Assembly: GCA_951406725.2 (NCBI GenBank)
Contig: OX597826.1
Coordinates: forward strand, 76,756,001 to 76,820,000
Origin: Octopus vulgaris
Lineage: Eukaryota
DNA length: 64,000 nucleotides
Direction: 5' to 3'
Positions 1 to 12,339 of this stretch are shown here, piece by piece (positions within the stretch are counted from its first letter, which is position 1; every line of letters begins with the position of its first letter). Below the pieces are notes generated by a model. It ran no database searches. It was given only the letters and a program-made list of their open reading frames with translations, and was not told the origin of the DNA. Made by a program: the position numbers and the translations under genes.

Positions 1-44
1 GGCAAAGTAACCATAACACTGTGTCTAGCACAGATCGATATATG

Positions 45-248
45 CCTTAATGTTGGTTACACATTTTGGTACAAAGCCAGCAATTTTGAGGGAGTGGATA
101 AATCAATTATATCGATCCCCGTGCTCAAGTGATAATTATTCTATCGATCCAAATAAAAAGAAAGGGAATGTAGACTTCGGTATTGACATCTGAACTCAGA
201 AAGTTAAGACGGACGAAATTCTGCTAGGCATTTTTTTCCGGGCATCCC
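45..248 (-). mobile_element. SINE family A copy (tRNA-derived head, Meta/Sauria-like central domain), degenerate
   Basis: Reverse complement matches the window's family A consensus (gaaatgcttagcggtatttcgtc...ctgagttcaaattccgccgaggtcgactttgcctttcatcctttcggggtcgataaattaagtaccag). The domain name is from recalled similarity. Confidence 0.75.
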
Positions 249-508
249 CAGGTCACATATTGAGTATGTAAGCGCGTGAGACTACATATGTATTTGAAAC
301 CTACTTGTTTCATGGACTCAAATAAAAAGAAAGGGAATGTAGACTTCGGTATTCGAGAAGATTCAAACGTCCACTAAACACATAACCTTCAAGCTTTAGA
401 TATATCTTGTATTTTGGGTCAATTTCTATTTGACAGACCAAACAGTGCGTATGTCTTTATGGTGAAAAGATCCTACCAAGATAAAGTTAAAATATAAAAA
501 AAGAACTG

Positions 509-558
<50 letters not shown>

Positions 559-560
<2 letters not shown>

Positions 561-768
561 TCAATATGTGACGGCGTGTATATCGTTGGCGATTTTCTTT
601 CTCCGCCTTCCCTTCCTTGGACCTTTCCTTTTCTATGTTTTTGACGAAGAGCTCCGCTCGAAACGTCAAATCCTCCTTCTTTCTTTCCTTTCCTGAGCGT
701 TCAATAACACTATACTTGTTCCACGTCCTCGCGTTGTTGTGTTTCCTGTTAGTTAATGTTTGGATTAA

Positions 769-769
<1 letters not shown>
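559..769 (+). mobile_element. Short non-autonomous element with minimal hammerhead-like motif, embedded in (TA)n
   Basis: Flanked by (TA)n on both sides. Motif at 638-670: ttt TTGACGA a gagc tcc gctc GAAA cg TC aaa. Related copies at 6.9, 19.3 and 21.1 kb. Confidence 0.65.
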
Positions 770-845
<76 letters not shown>

Positions 846-1254
846 TAAATATATATATATACATCAGTACATCGCGGATTTATCTGGCTAACATATGTAA
901 CTTATGTAAATTTATATCGTGAACTCCTCAGTATATCGCGGGTTGCTGCGGCCGATAGGAATTTATATTGCCTAGATTTTAATTATTTCTGTGATAAAAT
1001 AGGCATTTTCACGCCTAAAAATTAATAAATTAATAAATATAAATACAGTACAGTACTTCACTGTAAAACACATTAATTAAAATATATTAAAAGAAAGTAC
1101 GTAGTGAAGCGTAGGTGAGTAAGTAAAGAATTGCCTATATTCTACGGAAAATGAAATCCTAAAAGTGTGGGGAGAATTTATAAAAGCTTAAATATATAAA
1201 AATAATAAAATATTACGGAGATGTACTTGCATAGCAAGTGACTTGATCTGAGAG

Positions 1255-1535
1255 GTCTGGGCAGTCAGGAAGGTGAGGAACAGCTTTAATGCCCATCTGT
1301 GTCAAGTGATTGGTTACCAAAATGAAATAATGTGGAATAATTCATTGTCCTGGTGCAGGTCCTCTGGCCATTTGCCAAGAATTCCCTTCTTCAACGCCCT
1401 CAAAATCTCCCCAATGTTTTCATTGTTGACCGACTAGCCACAGGGAACGTAGTGGATGTAAATGATGCCCTTTCTATCGAAAAAGAGGATCATCAAAAGC
1501 GTCTCTTGTGACTTGAACTGACCTGCTTCTTGTGT
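1255..1535 (-). pseudogene. Mariner-type (IS630-Tc1-mariner) transposase fragment
   Basis: Manual translation LLMILFFDRKGIIYIHYVPCG*SVN...LHQDN...(frameshift)...VPHLPDCPDL resembles the mariner FFDxxGII, LHHDNA and HPPYSPDL motifs. Confidence 0.75.
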
Positions 1536-2266
1536 CAGCGAAAAACTATGAATGCATTGCATCTTATGACAGAAAAAACTTGTAAGCTGATGATGCTTGT
1601 GACATAACTCCTTATTCCCTTGTAATTTATTTAATCTCTTACTACTGACCCGTACTCAACTAGCACTTTATTTCTGGAGCGTATGTATAGTGAGTTCTAA
1701 CGTCAGGTTATTAGTATAGCTACGCATAAAAGAAATAATAAAATATAACTTAAGATTTTACCTAGATAAGATGCGAACTTATTTCCGAAAGGCAATATCC
1801 CAGCATCCATTTCGAGAAGGCGGGCATCACAAAACCAGGAAGGGCAAAGCTAATTAGGAAATTAAAGTTATAAAGCCATCAAGGAAACGGTGTCGCCTGT
1901 TGCCTGGTCATCTATATACACTTATATACGTATACAAACATTTATATGTGCGCAAGAAGAAATCAAAACGCAGATTCACTCGCATAACGACTTGTATACC
2001 GGAGCATAATTTTATAGATGAATACATAACTAATTAGTTGATAGTTTCGAAATTCAAATGATGGAGTCTTGTTTCTTCGATGGAGACCGAACATTACTCT
2101 GTTGGGCAGAGGTTAAAAAAAACAGAAACTTCAGAAAGACAGATATATTCACACATGCATGCGTGTATATGCATGCGTGTATATGCATGCGTGTGTGTGT
2201 ATTCACACATGCATGCATGCATGTATGCATATATTTGCATATTCATATACATTTATAAGCGTATAC

Positions 2267-2310
<44 letters not shown>

Positions 2311-2349
2311 ATCCCATGGAGGGTTGAATTTACAACCCCTATCTCATTT

Positions 2350-2395
<46 letters not shown>

Positions 2396-3424
2396 TGGTG
2401 GTGTATATATATATATATATATATACGGTATATATATATATATATATACATATATTGAGCATGGCCACAAGAAACTAATGCCCACATATATTTGTGGAAG
2501 ATCCACGAAAACTTATTCCGACATTTGTAATAGAAGAGTGAGAGGGAAATGAAGTGGGAGATATTGTTAGGACTCAACACTGTCTTTCTCATATTCTCTC
2601 TTCCGGAACCAATACACCAACAGACCGGCATTTAAAGGCCAGCAATTCTGCAACAGTTTCCCAAAAGACTTACAAAAAGTTACTAAATTTTCCCTTGGGA
2701 TCTTTTAATAGGTATAGAGATGCATTTATCTCTGCGATCATTTGCGAAATGTTACAACTAAACCAGAGTAGTTTCCACTAATTTGTTGATTCACCAACAA
2801 GTGATGACGCGCATGTTGTAGGAGAGAACAAAAATACTGGACGCCAAGACAAATACAGAGACATCAGAAAGCATTCAGACGTGAAAGTGATATTGCAAAG
2901 TGGCGTCGCTGGACGTGATACCTAAAGCAAATCAAAGATACCTACGTGCATATATATGCATGCATACATTTATTATGCTTTAGTGGGAAAGAAAACAAAA
3001 TAGACAATGCCTACATTCAGTAGTTATAACTCATAAAAATACCTGAATATTATGTAGTAGGACCAGAAAATGATGTTTAGCGTCGGTGTTGGGTGAATCA
3101 ATCCTAATGGAAAGAGCAGAAACTGCTGTGATTTTTGGTGAATTCTAAGGTTTCGGACCAAGTCATTCATTGCAATTTACAACAATTCATTGTTTATGGT
3201 ACAATCAATTATGTCACCTTTATAAAAATAGCGCAGTTAAATTACAGGTTTTTGAAAAGTTGAAATTATTGGTATATCACGGAGTTTTGGTCAGGGAGTT
3301 CTATTGTTGTTCTAATTGCGTTTTTTTGCTGACTATGTACTGTATTATGTAAATATGGAAATATTTACATAGTGATATATTGAGTAACATATGCATACAT
3401 ACGTACACACACACACACACAAAT

Positions 3425-3486
<62 letters not shown>

Positions 3487-3488
<2 letters not shown>

Positions 3489-3645
3489 TCGTCTGCCATT
3501 ACGTTCTGAGTTCAAATTCCGCCGAGGTTGACTTTGCCTTTCATCCTTTCGGGGACGATAAATTAAGTACCAGTTATGCACTTAATCCCTTTTTCTGTCC
3601 TTGTTTGTCCCCTCTGTGTTTAGCTCCTTGTGAGCGATAAAGAAA
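3487..3645 (+). mobile_element. SINE family A, 5'-truncated
   Basis: ttcgtctgccattacgttctgagttcaaattccgccgaggttgactttgcctttcatcctttcgggg followed by the tail ccttgtttgtcccctctgtgtttagc. Confidence 0.8.
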
Positions 3646-3665
3646 TATGCATATATATATTTATA

Positions 3666-3736
<71 letters not shown>

Positions 3737-3992
3737 TATTCAATGAAATTTCAACTTTCTATTTTTACAATTTTACAATTTTTACAATTTTATAATACTT
3801 AAATAAACGAGACATTTTAATCATCAGGTTTGTGTAGTGACAGTCGCCTTCTAGAATGTATGTATGTATATTTATGCTTATTTTGCCTGGAAAAATATTT
3901 TTTACTTAACCCTTCTTTTTTTGCTATGTGAATAAATATTTGGATGTCTGCTTAAAACACGGATATTAATATTAGTTTCAAATTTTGGCTCC

Positions 3993-4205
3993 AGGTAGAA
4001 TCGTTAGGGATGCCGGGAAAAAAATGCCTAGCGGAATTTCGTCCGTCTTAACTTTCTGCGTTCAAATGTTGCCGAGGTATTGTTTACTTTTCTCGGTTTT
4101 CGGATCGATAGAATAATTATCAGTTGAGTACGGGGATCGATATAATTGATTTATCCACTCCCTCGAAATTGCTGGCTTTGTGCCAAAATGTGCAACCAAT
4201 ATTAA
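3993..4205 (+). mobile_element. SINE family A copy, part of an inverted duplication with 1-248
   Basis: Matches family A and shares private variants and non-SINE flank with 1-248. Confidence 0.75.
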
Positions 4206-4390
4206 GGCTAGACACAGTGTTATGGTTACTTTGCCCATTGAAATTTATTAGTGGAGAATATGACATTTCTATATACAACATTGTCTTCGAAACAACTGTA
4301 AGCTATTCCATGCTTTCAGCAAGATGTGTAAAGATCATCTCAGCAGAAGTTATTATCACTGCTACTGAATATTTAAGTTATTCATTGACA

Positions 4391-4858
4391 CGGAGGTGGT
4401 TGTGTGGTTAGAAGGTTGCTTCCTAACAACATGAATCCAGGTTCAGTTCCGTGGAACTTTGAGCAAGTCTCTTCTAAAATAGCCTCCGGCCGACCAACAC
4501 TTTGTGGGTCAAATTCGTAGACAGAAAAGGAAAGAAGCCCGCTGTGTGTGTTTGTGTGTATGTTTGGGTGTATGTGTGTGTGTGTGTGTGTATGTGTGCG
4601 AGTGTGTGTGTGTGAGTGTGTGTGTGTGTGTACATATATATATACACACACGCATATACGTGCGTGTGTGGCTCTGTATCTGTCTTTGACAACCGGTGTT
4701 GGTATGTTTACAGCCCTGTTGAATAGCGGTTCAGCAAAAATGGCCATAGAGTAATTACAAAGATTTACAAAAATATAATAAGTTTTGGAATCGATTCGTC
4801 CAACTAAAATTTTTCAAGGCGGTGCCCCAGCATGGCAGCAACCTAGTAACTGAAGACC
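4391..4858 (+). mobile_element. SINE family B (tRNA-like head, CORE-like domain, internal microsatellite, LINE-related tail)
   Basis: A/B-box-like head (tggttgtgtggttag...ggttcagttcc), CORE-like ttgagcaagtc, internal (TG)n, tail ggcggtgccccagcatggc. Confidence 0.8.
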
Positions 4859-5269
4859 ATAATTGAACGTGATACCCATTCCCTTCTTAAGTAAAATTTC
4901 TTACAAACGTTAAAATGCCGTCTCCTGGTTTAAAAACTTGGAGGTTAATATATAATTCCTAGTAACATCATTCGATATATCCTTAGACAATTGATACGGA
5001 AAGGATCAATTTTCTATAGCAGTGCTGAAAAAACGTAATTAATATGTAGGCAAGGTTATAATGTAGAAATACGTCAGAAATTAGGTATTATTATTAGAAT
5101 TATATCAATTTGTCCAATACGCGCCATTGAGCTTTCATAGATTAATGAGAGTTATGCAGAGAGACCGTATAACACGCACACACACACACACACACGCAAA
5201 CTCACATATGTACACTTACACGCACATACTAACACACACACGCACACACATCGCGCGCGCGCGCACATA

Positions 5270-5530
5270 TGTTAGTGCGCGGCCTAGTGAATGAACCTGT
5301 TGCACTCATGATCTCTCGATTGCGGTTTCGACTCCCAGACAGGCTGTGCATTGTTTTCTTGAACGAAACACCTCCTTTCTCGTTCTTCCAGTCCACTCAT
5401 CTGTAAACGTGTCACCCTTCGACTGGCCAGTCTTCTAGTTTGATCGCTTAGCCATCTGAGTCGAATCGTCTGAAAGTTAAAACGATGCAAATCGCATTAT
5501 GATCAGCGATGTATAACAACATCAGACAAG
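5270..5530 (+). mobile_element. Degenerate tRNA-derived CORE-type SINE (family C/D-like head)
   Basis: gcgcggcctagtg...ggtttcgactcccagac...ttgttttcttgaacgaaacac...ccagtccactcatctgtaaa. Confidence 0.55.
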
Positions 5531-5570
5531 CCTTGAAGAACTTTTTTAGTCGAATAAATGGACCTCAGCA

Positions 5571-5781
5571 CTTACTCTTTTACTTGTTTCAGTCATTTGA
5601 CTGCGACCATGCTGGAGCACCGCCTTTAATCGAGCAACTCGACTCCGGGACTTATTCTTTGTAAGCCCAGTACTTATTCTATCGGTCTCTTTTGCCGAAC
5701 TGCTAAGTGACGGAGACATAAACACACCAGCATCAGTTGTCAACCAATGCTAGGGGGACAAACACAGACACACAAACACAT

Positions 5782-5839
<58 letters not shown>

Positions 5840-5996
5840 GACAGGCTTCTTTCAGTTTCCGTCTAACAAATCCACTCACAAGGCTTTGGTCGGCCCGAGG
5901 CTGTAGTAGAAGACACTTGCCCAAGGTGCCACGCAGTGGGACTGAACCCGGAACCATGTGGTTGGTAAACAAGCTACTTACCACATAGCCACTCCT
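5571..5996 (-). mobile_element. SINE family B, full length
   Basis: Near-consensus reverse copy with internal (TA)n/(CA)n. A further partial B copy follows at about 6015-6170. Confidence 0.85.
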
Positions 5997-6310
5997 TCTT
6001 GTTGACTTTTTTTTAAACCTGTTACTTATTCTATCGATATCACATTGACGAACCGCTAATTATCGTAGATGTAAGCAAACCAACATCAATTGTCAACTGC
6101 TGGTAGGGGACAAACACAGATACAAAGTCCCCATCCACACACACAAACACACACACACACACACATTTGAAATTTCTTTAGAGGAAACGTTAAGAATACG
6201 AAAATAATGCTCCTATTCCAATATTTAATGCGAAGCATTAAATATTTATAAATTCCATCCAAGTATTATTGTTATGATTGCGATGTGTGTGTGTGTGTGT
6301 GTTTGTGAAA

Positions 6311-6613
6311 AAGCATGACTCAGTGGTTAGAGCGTCGAGCTTACGATCGTGAGGTTGTGAGTTCGATTCCCGGACCGGGCTGTGTATCGTATTCTTGAGC
6401 AAGATACTTTATCTCATGTTGCTCAGCTTTAGAAATAAGTTGCAAAGTCACTGGGGTCAAGCTGTATCGGCTTTTGCCTTTCCCTCGGATAACATCAGTG
6501 GTGTAGAGAGAGGAGGCTGGTATGTATGTATGACCGCTGGTCTTCCATACACAACCTTGCCCGGACTTGTGCCTCGGAGGGTAACTTTCTAGGTGCAATC
6601 CCATGGTCACCCT

Positions 6614-6615
<2 letters not shown>
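6311..6615 (+). mobile_element. SINE family C (tRNA-Arg-like head, CORE-like domain)
   Basis: ctcagtggttagagcgtcgagcttacgatcgtgaggttgtgagttcgattcccggaccggg; homologous to the copies at 29748 and 43632. Confidence 0.85.
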
Positions 6616-6650
<35 letters not shown>

Positions 6651-6789
6651 GTGTGAGAGAGAGACGCACACACATACGTATACAGCCGCATACATCCACA
6701 CGTCAAAGTCACTAGCCCCTATCCACACACACACATTCTCACATACATACACACGTACGGACACCTGCGTTTTGGGATCACTAATACTT

Positions 6790-7017
6790 TATTATCTCCC
6801 CTTCTTTCTACCTCTCTTGTGAAACCTATATTTCGCCAACCAGTCGCCATACTCGATCGCTAAATCCAGAAGATTTTTTATTTTCTCTTATTCCTTCCTG
6901 ATGAAGAGCGTACACTCGAAACGTAAAAGACTTTCTCACTTTCCCGGCATCAAATTGATACACCTGCTTGTTGTTCATACACCTGTCTTCGTCTTTTGCT
7001 TTTCTGTAAATTTTAAC
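6790..7017 (+). mobile_element. Short non-autonomous element with minimal hammerhead motif, ending at (TA)n
   Basis: CTGATGA (6898-6904) a gag cgtaca ctc GAAA cg TA. The downstream ...acacctgtcttcgtcttttg is shared with the 19.3 and 21.1 kb copies. Confidence 0.7.
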
Positions 7018-7037
7018 TATATATATATATATATATA

Positions 7038-7208
7038 TACGATGGGCCTCTTTCAATTCCGGCCAACCAAATCCACTCACAAGGCTTTGGTCGGCTTGAG
7101 ACTATAGTAGAAGACACTTGCCCAACGTTCCACACAGTAGGACCGAACCCGGAACCATGTGGTTGGACAGCAAACTCCAGACTACTTATTACCAAAAAGC
7201 CACGTCTG
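7038..7208 (-). mobile_element. SINE family B, 5' half
   Basis: aaatccactcacaaggctttggtcggc...gaagacacttgcccaa...gaacccggaaccatgtggttgg. Confidence 0.8.
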
Positions 7209-7306
7209 TGCCTATATTTCTCAAATTAATGAGAACATATTAGTAATTTATCCAAACAGGTTGATTCACAACTTTAATTATATTACTCAAGATTTCTTAC
7301 AAGGAA

Positions 7307-7521
7307 GGTGGCGAGATGGCAGAAATTTTTTGGACGCCGGACGAAATGCTTAGTGGTATTTCGTCTCTTTACGTTCTGTGTTCAAATTCCGCCGAGGTCG
7401 ACTTTGCTTTTTATCCTTCCGGGGTTGATCAATTAAGAACCAGTTGCGTATTGGGATCGATCTAATCGACTGACCCCTTCCTAGCAAAATTTCGGGCCTT
7501 GTGCCTAGGGTAGAAAAGAAT
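7307..7521 (+). mobile_element. SINE family A, full monomer
   Basis: ggcgagatggcagaa...ttcaaattccgccgaggtcgactttgc...aaaatttcgggccttgtgcctagggtagaaaag. Confidence 0.85.
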
Positions 7522-8455
7522 ATTCCTTACAAGCGAATGATATAGAAAATGACTAAAATCACCAGTCATTTCGTATATTATTTCTTACTAGTAATCTTGA
7601 GGAAATTCCTTCTCCTTCTCGGACGAACACATGAAGATAACTTTAATAAGACAGCAATAACCACTCGAAACCAGTCGTGCTGTTCTCATTTTTACCTTGT
7701 GACAAAAACAGCGAGATGGAATGTTTATTGGACATAGAGAAATAAATTAATTCACAGCTTTTACAGATAAAGCAACAACACTCTTAGTAGTATATTTATT
7801 GTCTAAAATGTATATGAATATTTACATACACAAATATTGTCCAATAATTACACGTTATCTGCTGTGTATATATATGTATATTCGTCCAACTGTAGCACAC
7901 TGTAGAAGCCTGTGCGTATCTAGGGTGCATTTAGGTGTCTATGGATATGAATCCGTCCATTATCTTGAGTTATGTACTTGGAGCACTTAATTACCTGTAT
8001 AAGAGGTGGGGAGAGAGAGATCTGTTTCATCCGTTCACAAAGCACACACATACACACACATATACATACACACATACACACAAGCAAACACATATAGTCA
8101 TATAAATTCAGCGCATAGAAAAATGTATGTGTGTGTGTGAACATGTATGTATGTCGGTGTGTGTACTTATATGTATATATGTACATATGTATATATGTAT
8201 AAAGGTATATATATATATATATATATATATCTATATATCTATATGTATGTATATATATATATATATATATACACATACATAAATATCTATGTATGTATGT
8301 GTGTATGTATGTATAGATGTTTATGTATACAAGTTCCTTATATTGTGTATAGCAGGATTAATGAATATATGAATTAATGATGAACTTTTCCACCGACTTG
8401 AGTAGCACTGAAATAATCTGCTCTCTTCTCATCTCTCCCTCTCTCTCTCTCTCCT

Positions 8456-8487
<32 letters not shown>

Positions 8488-9502
8488 CGTCCTAACATTT
8501 GTCTTTCTCATTTTGTTTATGAAAATGTTTGATCTCTGATAGTGATGTTTTTGCTGACGCTTACTTGTGATTGGCTGTCGTATTGCCACTATAGACACAG
8601 ACATTCCAAATGTGGCCACCTCGTGTTTTAAGTGCAGGGAAGTTAGAGACAATGAGAGATTTAAAAAAAGAATAATTTGAAGGTAATTTCGTCTCATTTC
8701 TTGCTGCTCAAACGACTACGTAGAGGCTCCTTCCCATGGTTGTAAGTCTTGGTTTTTGGTTGCGTAATGGGGGCGCTTGTTTGATTTTATGGATTTATAT
8801 CTACATACGTGCGGGAGCGAAATTTGCTCAGTGGGTGAAAACCAGGTCCATAATACTTTTACAAATAAGGCCCTTTTTTTCAAATCGTAATATCAAAACA
8901 AATACAAATGAATAATAATTATTATTATTTAACATCAATCAAATCAGATGAATCCAGTAATATGAAAGCTAATTCTTCGAATCACTCCAGAAGTTTTTCA
9001 GGAGGATGTTTGAAGCGTTTTCATTGCCCACCCAAAATTTTAGGTTGTGCACTTACACCCTACTGTCTCCCTGTTCCCGGGTCCATGTGCGTCTATGCAA
9101 TTTCTGTGGTAGTGCAGCCGTGGAATTCCGTACAAATGTTATTCTTTGGTCGTGTGATCGAATAGTTGTGCAGTCATATAGTACTGTAGTTTTGAGGACG
9201 TGTTAATGTGAAGCTGTGCAGTAGCATGCTTGTTCAGTGGGGTATTTATTTCTTCACTTTGTGGTTATGTCCTCATTTCCATTGAACCAGGTTGTTACCC
9301 ACAATCTCTACGACATATCACACTGTATGATTATCATAGATGCATTTGCTAAGAGTTTCTTATATCTTCGAATCTATGGAATAATGATATATCATAACAC
9401 CTGCCCTGGTGGTTCGACATCAATTTAAAGTGAGGAAAAAAAACACACTACTGGGAAAGGGAAAGAGTGAGAGAGTAGGATGCAAGAGAGAGAGAAAGAG
9501 AA

Positions 9503-9533
<31 letters not shown>

Positions 9534-9617
9534 AAACAAGAGAACCTGGGGTTGACGATTTTTTGTGGTGAATATATTGTTTTCTACTTTACATTTGAGA
9601 CTGATGACCACTAAAAT

Positions 9618-10006
9618 GCTGTTGCTGTTGCTGTTGAACGAACGGTCTTCGTCCCAGAGCTCGCAAGATGGGAGAAGTCCGAAACGTGGTCCTTTGCTAT
9701 TCGTAAGACCCGCAGAAGAGAAAGCTGGTCAACCTCCGACACCGAGAGCATCGACGTATGGATGAATGTGCATCCAGGCTCAGCGGTTGCGTAGGAAGTC
9801 GGGGACAGGAAGAAAGAGTGAGAGAAAGTTGGAGCGAAAGAGTACAACATGGGTCGCCACCCCCTCCCCTGCCGGAGCCTCGTGGAGCTTTAGGTGTTTT
9901 CACTCAATAAACACACACACACATACAACGCACGGTCTGGAAATCGAAACCGCGATCCTCCGACCGCGAGTCCGCTGCCCTAACCACTGGGCCATTGCGC
10001 CTCCAC
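9618..10006 (-). mobile_element. SINE family E (tRNA-like head, (CAACAG)n tail)
   Basis: Reverse strand reads gtggaggcgcaatggcccagtggttagggcagcggactcgcgg...ggtttcgatttcc. Homologous to 48232-48422. Confidence 0.8.
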
Positions 10007-10324
10007 TTGTTGCTGCTGCTGTAGTTGTTGTTGCCTTCCATTTTGCTCTTATGTTTGTTGTTGCTTCAGTTATTGCTTTCTGTTGTGTCGACGATACCCG
10101 TAGCTAACAAGGGGGACTTGTTTACTTCTGCCCTGTTTTGGTTGCGTGGCTGGAAGACTCTCGGGTGATCTTTGTTACCCCATAAGTGGCACCTGGGATT
10201 CTTCTCCCGCCCAGCATTAGTCGCCACTACATTCGGCATGATGTTGAAATCTGGGGTGCCCTTTTCAGTTTCTGCTTAACAGAAATGAAATCTCGGGGCC
10301 CTAGACCAATTCTCCAGGCTTAAT

Positions 10325-10905
10325 CTTTTCTACTCTAGGCACAAGGCTCAAAATTTTGTGGGGAAGGGGTCAGTCGATTAGATTGACTCCAGTACGCAAC
10401 TGGTACTTAATTGATCGATCCCAAAAGGATGAAAGGCAAGGTAAAGTCGACCTCGGTGGAATTTGAGCTCAGAACGTAGCGACAGACGAAATACTTATTT
10501 CTTTACTACCCACAAAGGGCTAAACACAGAGGGGACAAACAAAGGTAGACAAACGGATTAAATCGATTACATCGACCCCAGTGCGTAACTGGTACTTAAT
10601 TTATCAACCCCGAAAGGATGAAAGGCAAAGTCAACCTCGGCGGAATTTGAACTCAGAACGTAAATGCCGCTAAATATTAGGGCCGGCGTGCTAACGATTC
10701 TGCTAGCTCGCCATAATAATAATTTGTGGAGAGGGGAATAGTCGAGTACATCGACCCTAGCATTTCACTGGTAATTAATTTATCGACCCCGAAAGGATGA
10801 AAGGCAAATCCGACTTCGACGAAATTTGAACTCAGAACGTAGCGGCGGACAAAATACCGCGAAGCATTTCGCCCGGCGTGGTAACGATTCTGCTAGTTCA
10901 CTACC

Positions 10906-10908
<3 letters not shown>
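10325..10908 (-). mobile_element. SINE family A multimer (dimer plus adjacent monomer)
   Basis: Three repeats of the aaaggatgaaaggcaa...gacctcgg...gaatttga(a/g)ctcagaacgta core. Confidence 0.85.
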
Positions 10909-10949
<41 letters not shown>

Positions 10950-11408
10950 TGCCCTAGGAGTCGGGAAGACACTCGGCAAGAAATGAAAGCAAATTTGAAA
11001 GAAGAAAAAAAAAAGTAATAATAATAATTTAGCGTCTCGAATCAAAGAGAAACTACACAGGATATGTGGATTAGAAAGTTTTCCCTAAATGGTAATCATA
11101 GAAGTAAGGAAAAACTTGGCGCAAGTGACCTAATCACATGACAAGCGGTTCCCTCTGACGCATTCCCTGATGAGATGTGATGAAAATGTTATCTATTCCT
11201 CTGGGTGAAAGGAGGACAAATACTATAATGCACTGAAAACTTTCGAACTTCAACTTATTTGGCTCAACCACCCAACAACCGAAGAAGCAGACATGTTTGA
11301 TAACAATCTCGTTGTTGTTGCTCCTCTCACTCGCATCGACGCTCAACGGTTTCGCAGTCGTTTTATCACACACTAATTTACTTACTTGCTCACTACCTTA
11401 CACTTCAG

Positions 11409-11437
11409 CTCTCTCTCTCTCTGTCTCTCTCTCTGTA

Positions 11438-11486
<49 letters not shown>

Positions 11487-11696
11487 TTGTCTCTTTCTCT
11501 CTCTCTGTCTCTCCATCTCTCTCTCTCTCTGTTTCTCTGCGTCTCTCGGTATCTCTTTCTCTATCTCTGTATCTCTCTCTATCTGTCTCTCTGTTTCCCC
11601 CCTCTCTCCTCATATATGTGCATGTGAGTGTATGTGTTTATATACATACATATATATGTATATATATATATAATATATACATATATATAATGTATG

Positions 11697-11729
<33 letters not shown>

Positions 11730-11749
11730 AATATATATATATATATATA

Positions 11750-11782
<33 letters not shown>

Positions 11783-11994
11783 GTATAAATGTACATCTAT
11801 ATACACATATCCCTGCATTTGTATACGGTATATGTGCGTGCGTGTGTGTGAGTATACGAGTTTGTGTGTACTTTAAAATAAATAAGTGTGTGTATGTGCA
11901 CATATGTATGATTTTATCTTTGTATATGTATGTGTATCTGTATCCTATCCGCACACACATACACACATGTATCCTTATACATGTACACACACAC

Positions 11995-12035
<41 letters not shown>
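11409..12035. repeat. Compound microsatellite (CT)n/(GTCT)n/(TA)n/(TG)n
   Basis: Seen directly. Confidence 0.9.
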
Positions 12036-12038
<3 letters not shown>

Positions 12039-12339
12039 GTTAAGCAAATAAATGATAAGGTAGTATGAATTCATTAATATTTAATCTTTAACCATAAATT
12101 CATTTTTCGTCGATTCTCAACTCAATGGAAAAAAATATATCATTTCCGATGAATCAGATGAACTATACTTAAATAGCATTTTTGAATTAATTCAGACTTA
12201 TTCTCTATTAAATTAACTTTTTCTCAATTCTCATAAACGGACTATTTATAACTTAGAGGCCCATATACTTTAACAGGGCACATTCATTTTCCTAGCCAGC
12301 TAGCCTGAGGGTTGTATACAACCTGGAACTAAGGAATTA

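Noticed and set aside
9090-9420. Possible RTE LINE relic on the minus strand (VLKTTVLYDC..FH)
   Set aside because: Similarity too weak to call without a profile search.
9660-9700. gga-gaag-tcc-GAAAC-gtg-GTC, resembling a hammerhead 3' half
   Set aside because: No CTGANGA-like 5' core or stem I, and it is antisense within a SINE E tail.
10325-10908. Regularly spaced repeats resembling a CRISPR array
   Set aside because: The units are long SINE cores with homologous rather than unique spacers; eukaryotic context and no cas genes.
11165-11195. CTGATGA...GAAA spacing like a hammerhead
   Set aside because: No convincing stem I, II or III pairing.
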